This document shows positions 6,550 through 13,959 of a stretch of 32,000 nucleotides of DNA, piece after piece. Under the pieces are notes generated by a model. That model searched no databases. It had not been told where the DNA came from and was given only the letters and a program-made list of their open reading frames with translations. Where the stretch lies: NCBI RefSeq assembly GCF_001548275.1, contig NZ_AP014945.1:1740001-1772000 (forward strand), written 5' to 3'. Made by a program: the position numbers and the translations under genes. The first letter of the stretch is position 1. The number at the start of each line of letters is the position of its first letter. Source of the DNA: Caldimicrobium thiodismutans. Lineage in GTDB: Bacteria > Desulfobacterota > Thermodesulfobacteria > Thermodesulfobacteriales > Thermodesulfobacteriaceae.

Positions 6550-9069
6550 TTGGAAAGAAAAAGTCATCTTGAAAGTCTGCTTTCAGCGGGAAAATTTGCA
6601 GTTACAGCGGAGATTGGTCCTCCCAGGAATGCTGATTCCGAGGTTATTAAGAAAAAGGCCCGTCTTCTTAAAGGATTTGTGGATGCTGTAAATATTACCG
6701 ATTGCCAGACTGCGGTAGTGAGGGTTTCAAGCCTTGCTTCAGCAGTTTTGGTTTTAAGTGAAGGGCTTGAGCCTGTGTTACAGATGACTTGTAGAGATAG
6801 AAATAGGATTGGGATTCAGGCAGACCTTCTTGGGGCAAGTGCTCTGGGTATCAGGAATCTTCTTTGTTTAACCGGGGATCATCCAAAGTTTGGAAATCAT
6901 CCTCATGCCAAACCAGTCTTTGATCTTGATTCTATCCAGCTTCTTAGACTTGCTAAAGGACTTAATGAGGGAAGATTTGAAAATGGAGAAGAGATAAAAG
7001 GTTTAAGGCCATATTTTTTCTTGGGGGCTGCAGAAAATCCCTTTGCTGAGCCCTTTGATTTCAGGCCTTTTAGGTTAGCTAAAAAAGCTCGCGCTGGAGC
7101 CCGCTTTTTTCAGACCCAAATTATTTACAATGTGGATAAATTTAGAAAATTTATGGAGAAACTTAAAGATTTAGGGCTTACTGAAGAGGTTTATGTTCTT
7201 GCTGGAATAACTCCTCCCAAGTCCCTTGGGATGGCTAAATATATGAAATACAATGTCCCAGGTCTTGAGGTTCCTGATGAAATTATACAGAGGCTTGAGT
7301 CTGCTAAGGACAAAAAAGAAGAGGGGATTCAGATTGCCGTAGATATTATTCAGCAGGTAAAGGAAATCCCTGGTGTCAGGGGTGTCCATATCATGGCTAT
7401 TGAGTGGGAGGAAGCTGTTCCTGAGATTGTGAAAAGGGCAGGGCTTTCACCCCGAGAGTCAATAGCGGAGATGCACCCACCCTTTGTAGTAGAAAAGGTA
7501 GTAGAAAAGATTGTGGAAAAGCCTGTTGAGGTAGTTGTTGAAAAGATTGTGGAAAAACCAGTGGAAGTAATAGTTGAAAAGATAGTTGAAAAAGAAATAC
7601 CTCTGGAGGTAGAAATGGCAGGTGAGAAAATATCCGCATTAATTGAGATTCTTTCCGATCTTAAGGCAAGTCTAAAGAATCTGAGATCGGGTATGGAATC
7701 CTTAGAGGAGGGAATTGTAAAACTTGAGGAAGAATTTTTAGGGAAAAAAGAGGCTCGTCCAATAGTCAGAGAAATCCCTAAGCCTGCAGTGGAGGTAAAA
7801 CCACCAGTTAAGGTTGAGGAAAGGCCTGTAGAGGCAAAACCAGAGCTAAAGGCTGAACCCGAAGTTAAACCAGAGCTTAAACCTGAAGAAAAACCTGAAG
7901 TAAAACCAGAGATAAAACCTGAAGCTAAGCCTGAAGTCAAACCTGAGGTTAAACCTGAGGTAAAATCCGAAGTAAAACCTGAAGTGAAAGCTGAACCAAA
8001 ACCTGAAATAAAGCCAGAAGTAAAGCCTGAGGTGGAGCCTGAACCCAAACCTGAAGTAAAACCTGCTGAGGTTAAAATAGGAGGACTCAAAGGGGTCTAT
8101 AGACCTCTTTCTGCAAGGGCTTCAAAGATTGCCCAAGACCTTTATTTAGAAAAGGCAAATGGTGAGATTAGAGAGGTTCAGATAGGTAAGGGTGAGAAGG
8201 CCCTTAAGGTTGGAGGAATCTCAGGTATTAATTTTCATCTCTTTGAAGGGGAGATGAAAAATGGTCTTAAAATTGCCTTTGAGATTCTTGATGTAAAGCC
8301 AGAGGACTGGCCAGAGCATTTATCTAAATATTATAGCGATGTCTATCACGATCCTGGCCTCTGGGCTAAAAAGTGTGTTGAAGAGTATGGAGCTGAGGCT
8401 ATTTGTTTGTATCTTTTAGGCACGGATCCCAACTTTTTAAATCTTCCAGCAGAACATGCTAAAAAGGTAGCGGAAAAAGTTGTTTCTTCTGTTGATGTGC
8501 CTTTAATTGTCTGGGGATCAGGAAATGCAGAAAAGGATGTGGAGGTCCTGAGGGATGTTGCGGATATTGTTGGAGTTAGAGGTGCGGTAATTGGTCCTGT
8601 GGTTGAAGCTAATCACAGAACCTTAGCTGCAGTTGCTATGGGCTATAGTATCCCTGTAATTGCCTCAAGCCCTATAGATGTTAATCTTGCAAAACAGTTA
8701 AATATTCTTCTTGAAAATATGGGGCTTGCCTTAGATAAAATACTTATGGATCCATCGATTGGGGCTTTGGGATATGGTCTTGAATATACCTATTCTGTTA
8801 TGGAGAGGATAAGGCTTGCAGCCCTTTTTGCTCAGGATACCAAACTTCAGGTGCCCTTTATCTGTAGTATCGGTAAGGAGGTTTGGAAAACTAAGGAAGC
8901 CGGCCTTCCCACAGATGCCCTTATGGGAGATGCAGAATCAAGAGGGGTGCTTATGGAGGCCTTAACTGGCGTTACTCTTGCTTTAGCTGGTGGAGACCTT
9001 CTCATTATGAGACATCCTAAGTCAGTTGAGTTGTGTAAGATACTTTTTAATGGGTTAAGTTTAAGTTAA
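6550..9069 (+). CDS. Fusion protein: MetF (methylene-THF reductase, ~aa 1-300), repetitive linker (~aa 305-510), AcsD/CdhD (corrinoid Fe-S protein small subunit, ~aa 515-839)
   Basis: Uninterrupted 839-codon ORF with a TTG start 9 nt after GGAGGG. The N-terminal part shows FAVTAEIGPP, MTCRDRNR and LCLTGDHP (MetF). The C-terminal part shows VGGISGINFHLFEGEM..., PLIVWGSGNAEKD and MDPSIGALGYGLEYTYS (AcsD-like). Confidence 0.8.
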   Translation: MERKSHLESLLSAGKFAVTAEIGPPRNADSEVIKKKARLLKGFVDAVNITDCQTAVVRVSSLASAVLVLSEGLEPVLQMTCRDRNRIGIQADLLGASALGIRNLLCLTGDHPKFGNHPHAKPVFDLDSIQLLRLAKGLNEGRFENGEEIKGLRPYFFLGAAENPFAEPFDFRPFRLAKKARAGARFFQTQIIYNVDKFRKFMEKLKDLGLTEEVYVLAGITPPKSLGMAKYMKYNVPGLEVPDEIIQRLESAKDKKEEGIQIAVDIIQQVKEIPGVRGVHIMAIEWEEAVPEIVKRAGLSPRESIAEMHPPFVVEKVVEKIVEKPVEVVVEKIVEKPVEVIVEKIVEKEIPLEVEMAGEKISALIEILSDLKASLKNLRSGMESLEEGIVKLEEEFLGKKEARPIVREIPKPAVEVKPPVKVEERPVEAKPELKAEPEVKPELKPEEKPEVKPEIKPEAKPEVKPEVKPEVKSEVKPEVKAEPKPEIKPEVKPEVEPEPKPEVKPAEVKIGGLKGVYRPLSARASKIAQDLYLEKANGEIREVQIGKGEKALKVGGISGINFHLFEGEMKNGLKIAFEILDVKPEDWPEHLSKYYSDVYHDPGLWAKKCVEEYGAEAICLYLLGTDPNFLNLPAEHAKKVAEKVVSSVDVPLIVWGSGNAEKDVEVLRDVADIVGVRGAVIGPVVEANHRTLAAVAMGYSIPVIASSPIDVNLAKQLNILLENMGLALDKILMDPSIGALGYGLEYTYSVMERIRLAALFAQDTKLQVPFICSIGKEVWKTKEAGLPTDALMGDAESRGVLMEALTGVTLALAGGDLLIMRHPKSVELCKILFNGLSLS
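7486..7596 (+). repeat. In-frame tandem repeat, 36-nt/12-aa unit (EKIVEKPVEVVV), about 3 copies
   Basis: gaaaagattgtggaaaagcctgttgaggtagttgtt (7504-7539), gaaaagattgtggaaaaaccagtggaagtaatagtt (7540-7575) and partial units on both sides. Confidence 0.85.
7780..8076 (+). repeat. In-frame P/E/V/K-rich low-complexity tract (~99 aa) built from degenerate 18-nt (KPEVKP-type) units
   Basis: KPAVEVKPPVKVEERPVEAKPELKAEPEVKPELKPEEKPEVKPEIKPEAKPEVKPEVKPEVKSEVKPEVKAEPKPEIKPEVKPEVEPEPKPEVKPAEVK. The DNA shows repeated cctgaagt(a/t)aaacc variants. Confidence 0.85.
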
Positions 9070-9086
9070 AGAAGGGGGTTGAGTTT

Positions 9087-11309
9087 ATGTCCAAAATTAT
9101 TGCAACCGCAGCAATAAGAGGGGCTCACAAAATTTTGGAGAGGGCCCTTGAGAAGTATGAAGAGGCAGTGAAAAAATTTGGAAAAGAGGCTGAGATTGGA
9201 TTCCCCAATACCGCTTATTATCTTCCTATAATTTATGCTATGCTCGGTTATCCTGTTAAGAGACTTGGGGATTGTGAAGAGGTTTTGCAGGAGGCTAAGA
9301 GACTTCTTCCTGAGATACCTTCTGAAAAGACCTGGCTTCCTTATCTGGGCCCGGCTCTGGATGCGGGAATGGCGACTTTTTTTGCTGAGGAGATTATTGA
9401 GGCCATTAAATATCTTGAAGATCCCAATGTATATACCAAGACAGAAGAACCCTTAGAAAATAATATCTGGCTTGGAGCAGCCGATGATGTTATTTTCAGG
9501 AAGAGGGGAGTTGAGTTTGTGGATGGCACAGCTCCGGGCTTTGCCGCTATCCTTGGTGCTCCTCCGGATAAGGAGACCGCTCAGCGTATTGCGCAGGAAC
9601 TCCTTGAAAAGAATCTCTATGTTTTTATGCATGATCAGACCAATGGGATTTACATGCCCTATTTGCTTAAAGAGGCAGGAGTTCAGCTTGGCTGGCCCAC
9701 GCGTTTAATTCCCTTTGGACCTGATTACACCTCTGTTGTCTTTGCCATTGGTTTTGCCTGCAGGGTGGCAATGTCCTTTGGTGGAATTAAGCCAGGAGAT
9801 TATCTTGGAAACCTTCTTTACAATAAGGATAGAACCTTTGCTTTTGCCATTACCTTTGGCCCGGTTTCGGATGAATGGTATGCCAATGGAGCCGGGGCTA
9901 TTAACTGGGGATTCCCCGTAATTTCCGACTGGGATATCCCTGAAATTAAGCCCTTTGGTGTTTGCACTTACGAACATGTGGTCTCTAAGGTCCCCCACAA
10001 AGAGATTGTAGATAGAGCTGTTGAGGTAAGAGGTCTAAAGGTTACAGCGGTAAAACTTGATATTCCTGTTTCCTATGCCCCAGCCTTTGAAGGGGAAAGA
10101 GTTAGAAAAGATGATCTTTATCTGGAGTGTGGAGGAGGAAGATCTCCTGCGGTAGAGCTTTTGTTAACAGGTTCTCTTGAAGAGGTAGAGGACGGAAAAA
10201 TTGAGGTCATTGGACCGGAAATAAGTGATGTAGAGAAACTCGGGATCAAGGGGCCTCCTTATGTGCTTCCCTTTGCAGTGGTGGTAAAGGTTGCTGGAGT
10301 TAATATGCAAGAAGACTTTGAGGCTATTCTGGAAAGACAATTCCATCATTTAGTAAACTATGCTCAGGGCATAATGCATGTGGGTCAGAGAAATATTATG
10401 TGGCTAAGAATCAGTAAACAAGCTGTAGAAAAGGGATTCCAGTTTGTGCATGTTGGTCGCATCCTCTATGCTAAGCTCAGACAGGAATATGGAGCTATTG
10501 TAGATAAGTGTCAGGTAACCATTTATACTGTTGAGGATAAGGTAAGAGAGATCCTTGAATTAGCCAAAGAGGTTTACGAGAAAAGAGACGCGAGACTTGC
10601 AGGGCTCACCGATGAGACAGTGGATGTCTTTTACTCCTGTACTCTCTGTCAGAGCTTTGCTCCCAATCATGTCTGTGTGATAACTCCAGAAAGAGTTGGA
10701 GCCTGTGGAGCTTATAACTGGCTTGATGGAAAAGCCTGTTATCAGATCAATCCTACCGGGCCTAATCAACCCATACCTAAGGGGGAGCTAATAGATGCAA
10801 CTCTCGGTCAATTTACAGGTGTTAATGAGTTTGTAAAGCAAGCCTCTCGTGGGGCTGTGGAAAGGGTAAGTCTCTATAGTATTCTTATAGACCCTATGAC
10901 AGTGTGTGGTTGTATGGAGGGAATTGCAGCCCTTTTACCTTCTATAAATGGCATTATGATTGTTAACAGAGACTATATGGGAATGACTCCTACAGGGATG
11001 AAGTTTTCAACCTTAGCGGGAATGGTTGGTGGAGGGCAAGTGACCCCTGGTTTTATGGGAGTTTCCAAGCATTACTTGACCTCTCCCAAGTTTCTTTCTT
11101 CAGAGGGAGGACTATTAAGGGTTGTTTGGATGCCAAAAATGTTAAAGGAAGAACTTAGAGATAAGCTTCAAAAGCGTGCGGAGGAGTTAGGAGTTCCTGA
11201 TCTTATAGAAAAGATTGCGGATGAGACAGTTGCCACAACTGAGGAAGAGGTCAGGGCCTGGATTGAAAAGGTTGAGCATCCTGTGCTCAAGCTTCCTCCC
11301 TTAGTATAA
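9087..11309 (+). CDS. acsB: Acetyl-CoA synthase catalytic subunit (CO-methylating ACS, AcsB/CdhC)
   Basis: Contains CTLCQSFAPNHVCVITPERVGACGAYNWLDGKA and the CGCMEG A-cluster Cys-Gly-Cys motif. 740 aa. Confidence 0.95.
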   Translation: MSKIIATAAIRGAHKILERALEKYEEAVKKFGKEAEIGFPNTAYYLPIIYAMLGYPVKRLGDCEEVLQEAKRLLPEIPSEKTWLPYLGPALDAGMATFFAEEIIEAIKYLEDPNVYTKTEEPLENNIWLGAADDVIFRKRGVEFVDGTAPGFAAILGAPPDKETAQRIAQELLEKNLYVFMHDQTNGIYMPYLLKEAGVQLGWPTRLIPFGPDYTSVVFAIGFACRVAMSFGGIKPGDYLGNLLYNKDRTFAFAITFGPVSDEWYANGAGAINWGFPVISDWDIPEIKPFGVCTYEHVVSKVPHKEIVDRAVEVRGLKVTAVKLDIPVSYAPAFEGERVRKDDLYLECGGGRSPAVELLLTGSLEEVEDGKIEVIGPEISDVEKLGIKGPPYVLPFAVVVKVAGVNMQEDFEAILERQFHHLVNYAQGIMHVGQRNIMWLRISKQAVEKGFQFVHVGRILYAKLRQEYGAIVDKCQVTIYTVEDKVREILELAKEVYEKRDARLAGLTDETVDVFYSCTLCQSFAPNHVCVITPERVGACGAYNWLDGKACYQINPTGPNQPIPKGELIDATLGQFTGVNEFVKQASRGAVERVSLYSILIDPMTVCGCMEGIAALLPSINGIMIVNRDYMGMTPTGMKFSTLAGMVGGGQVTPGFMGVSKHYLTSPKFLSSEGGLLRVVWMPKMLKEELRDKLQKRAEELGVPDLIEKIADETVATTEEEVRAWIEKVEHPVLKLPPLV

Positions 11310-11332
11310 AAATTTTAAGGAGGATATGGGGA

Positions 11333-12703
11333 ATGGGACTTACGGGAATTCAGATACTTGGTAAATTACCTAAAAAGAACTGTAAGGAGTGCGGATTTCC
11401 AACCTGTATGGCTTTTGCTATGAAAGTTGCTGCAGGACAGGCAGAAATTACCGCCTGCCCTTATGTAGATCCCAAGGTAGTTGAAGAGATAGCAGAAGCA
11501 ACGGCACCACCCATTCGAACAGTTAAAATTGGAGGTGGAGACTTTGTTTATTCCTTGGGAGGGGAGACAGTTCTTTTTCGTCACGAAAAACGCTTTGAAA
11601 ATCCTCCTTTAATCGGAACTTATATAAACACATCTATGGATGAAGCTGAAATAAACAGGCGAATTCAACTTTATAAGAACCTGGTATGGGACAGAGTAGG
11701 GATTAAGCTTCAGCCAGATGTGGTTTTCCTTCAAAGTGACGGGGCTTCAGAAAAATTTGAATCCCTGGTAAAAAGGATAAGAGAGGAACTTCCTCAGGTG
11801 GCTATAATTCTTTCTGGAGATAAACCTTCTTTACAAAAGGGAATCTCGGCCTGTGGAGATTTTAAACCCCTTCTTTATGGGGCAAACAGTCAAAATTTTG
11901 ATGAGATGGCTGGGCTTGCAGAGGAGACCAAGGTGCCTCTGACTTTGTTAGGGAACTCTTTAGATGAACTAACAGAGCTTTCGGAGCGTGCCCTTCAGAA
12001 AGGACTTAAAGATTTAGTGCTTGATCCCGGTTCCCAAAATGTGAGGGAACTTTTTGAAGACTTAGTTATTATTCGTAGGTCTGCAATAAAAAAACGCTAT
12101 AAACCTTTTGGATTTCCAGTAATAACCTTTTCTTATAAGTATACAGATGATTATCTTCTTGAAAGCTCAATTGCTGGGATGCTTATTGCTAAGTATGCCA
12201 GCGTGATCATCCTTTCGGATTTAAGGGCAGAAAGCCTTTTCAATCTTTTAGTTGAAAGGATGAATATATTTACCGATCCTCAGAAGCCTCTTGTTGTTGA
12301 AGAGGGCATTTATCCAGTGAACGGACCAGATGAGTATTCTCCAGTTATCATCACTTGCAATTTTGCCCTTACTTACTTTATTGTAAATGGTGAGGTGGAG
12401 GGAAGTAGGGTGCCCACCTGGTTGTTGATAAAAAATACCGATGGACTTTCAGTGTTGACTGCATGGGCTGCTGGAAAATTTGGTGCAGATAGTATTGCAG
12501 AATTTGTAAAAAAATGCGGCATAGAGGGAAAGGTAAAACACCGTAAAATCTCCATTCCTGGATATTTAGCAGGAATTAAAGGGGAACTTGAGGAGGAGCT
12601 ACCTGGCTGGGAGATTATTGTTGGTCCAAGAGAGGCAAGCGGTCTTCCAGCTTTTCTTAAAAAGTTGTCAGCAGAACTGAAAGAAACCGCTAAAGCGGCT
12701 TAA
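11333..12703 (+). CDS. acsC: Corrinoid iron-sulfur protein large subunit (AcsC/CdhE)
   Basis: The N-terminal LPKKNCKECGFPTCMAFAMKVAAGQAEITACP [4Fe-4S] motif is typical of AcsC. Its size and acs context also fit. Confidence 0.9.
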   Translation: MGLTGIQILGKLPKKNCKECGFPTCMAFAMKVAAGQAEITACPYVDPKVVEEIAEATAPPIRTVKIGGGDFVYSLGGETVLFRHEKRFENPPLIGTYINTSMDEAEINRRIQLYKNLVWDRVGIKLQPDVVFLQSDGASEKFESLVKRIREELPQVAIILSGDKPSLQKGISACGDFKPLLYGANSQNFDEMAGLAEETKVPLTLLGNSLDELTELSERALQKGLKDLVLDPGSQNVRELFEDLVIIRRSAIKKRYKPFGFPVITFSYKYTDDYLLESSIAGMLIAKYASVIILSDLRAESLFNLLVERMNIFTDPQKPLVVEEGIYPVNGPDEYSPVIITCNFALTYFIVNGEVEGSRVPTWLLIKNTDGLSVLTAWAAGKFGADSIAEFVKKCGIEGKVKHRKISIPGYLAGIKGELEEELPGWEIIVGPREASGLPAFLKKLSAELKETAKAA

Positions 12704-12786
12704 AAATAAAAAGGAGTCAACTATCAAAATAGGATAAGGTAAAAATGTTTGCCATGGCAAATCATCCCGGTATTATTAATCCTCTT

Positions 12787-12819
12787 AAAGGGAAGAACAA
12801 GTTAGGCACTTCCCTTTTT
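12787..12819 (+). terminator. Intrinsic-terminator-like hairpin downstream of acsC
   Basis: aaagggaag-(13-nt loop)-cttcccttt followed by tt. The GGGAAG/CTTCCC core stem runs into a T5 tract. Confidence 0.35.
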
Positions 12820-12970
12820 AGAAATACCTTTATTGCTTTTCCATTTACCGGGACTCTTAATCGCAGGATTAAGCCCTGTATAATATTTGATAATCTCTTT
12901 AGAAAAGTGGAGAGTTCTTCAATTTGGCTTTTAAGAAAAAAGAGTTTTGAATGTGGATAGAAGAGATTTT

Positions 12971-12999
12971 TTGCAAAGAGCACATGCTTATATTATAAA
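12971..12999 (+). promoter_or_regulatory. Sigma-70-like promoter candidate upstream of acsE (TTGCAA-N17-TATAAA)
   Basis: TTGCAA at 12971-12976 and TATAAA at 12994-12999, about 25 nt upstream of the acsE start. An alternative extended -10 TGTATAAT lies at 12877-12884. Confidence 0.3.
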
Positions 13000-13023
13000 C
13001 AAAAAATTGCAGGAGGTAGAAAA

Positions 13024-13920
13024 ATGGGAGAGATTGTAGTTTGCATTGCTGAAAGTATAAACATTATGGGTAAAAAAACAGGGCCTGCTATGAAAGAGAG
13101 GAATCCTCAACCTATTCAACAGATGGCCAAAGAAGAAACTGAGCTTGGGGGCGATTATTTGGATCTCAATATTGGACCAGCTAAAAAGGACGGCCCTGAG
13201 CTTGCAAGCTGGATTGTAAAGGTGGTGGAGGAGGTTGTGGATACTCCCCTTTCCTTAGACACTACTAATCCTGATGCAATGATAGCAGGAATTAAGGCCT
13301 CAAGAAAGCCTTCTACCTTTCTCATGAACTCCATTTCAATTCAGCCTGAGAGACTTGAAAAACTTGGACCCTTTGCAGCTGAGGTTGGCTGTGATGTGGT
13401 GGCACTACTCTGGGGGCTTGAGGGACTTCCAAGAGATGCCAATGAAAGGGCAGCCCTTGCTGTAGATCTCATCATGAAACTCAACGAATACGGTATTCCT
13501 AATGAGAAGATTTGGGTAGATCCTATTTTGACTCCTATTACTCTTGGAGCAGAGCAGATTCAGGAGGCCCTTACCTTTTTATCTATGCTTCAAGATATTG
13601 CCCCGGGAGCTAAAAGCACAATAGGTCTTTCCAATGTTTCCAACGGAGTAGCCCATCATCTTAGACCCTATCTTAACAGGGTAATGCTTATGATGCTTAT
13701 GAAGTATGATATTTATAGCGCTATTGTGGATGTTTATGATAAGGAGCTTGTGGAGGTTGCCAAAGGTAAGCATCCCGATTGGGTAGCTCTTGTTCATCGG
13801 ATGATGGATGGGGAAGAACCTGATCCAAAAGGGCTTACTCCTAAGGAACTTGAAATTTATAAGACTTACAAGGTTTTGAGTGGCCAGAGTATTTTCTCTG
13901 AGTCCTGGTTAGAGCTATAA
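13024..13920 (+). CDS. acsE: Methyl-THF:corrinoid/iron-sulfur protein methyltransferase (AcsE; pterin-binding DHPS-like fold)
   Basis: AESINIMGKK...GGDYLDLNIGPA...SLDTTNP...GLSNVSNG pattern of pterin-binding methyltransferases. AGGAGG RBS is present and the gene sits in acs context. Confidence 0.85.
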   Translation: MGEIVVCIAESINIMGKKTGPAMKERNPQPIQQMAKEETELGGDYLDLNIGPAKKDGPELASWIVKVVEEVVDTPLSLDTTNPDAMIAGIKASRKPSTFLMNSISIQPERLEKLGPFAAEVGCDVVALLWGLEGLPRDANERAALAVDLIMKLNEYGIPNEKIWVDPILTPITLGAEQIQEALTFLSMLQDIAPGAKSTIGLSNVSNGVAHHLRPYLNRVMLMMLMKYDIYSAIVDVYDKELVEVAKGKHPDWVALVHRMMDGEEPDPKGLTPKELEIYKTYKVLSGQSIFSESWLEL

Positions 13921-13959
13921 ATATTAAAAAGATTGTCCATTACCTCAGGAGTTAGAGCT

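Noticed and set aside
7486-8076. Short tandem repeats considered as a possible CRISPR array or minisatellite outside coding sequence.
   Set aside because: The units are 18 and 36 nt, contiguous with no spacers, multiples of 3, and maintain one long reading frame joining two recognisable domains.
7350-8090. 246-aa minus-strand ORF (SGFTSGLTSG... low complexity), and the 80-aa ORF at 7397..7639 (-).
   Set aside because: They are mirror images of the in-frame VEK/PEVK repeat tract of metF::acsD. Repetitive codons simply lack stops on the opposite strand. There is no RBS or independent signal.
12745-12983. Mutually overlapping 71-aa (+) and 73-aa (-) ORFs in the acsC-acsE gap.
   Set aside because: Neither has a recognisable motif. 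Both are K/R/F/L-rich, as expected from AT-rich non-coding DNA. The region is full of hairpins and promoter-like boxes. The (+) ORF does have a weak AAGG upstream, so a small protein is not fully excluded.
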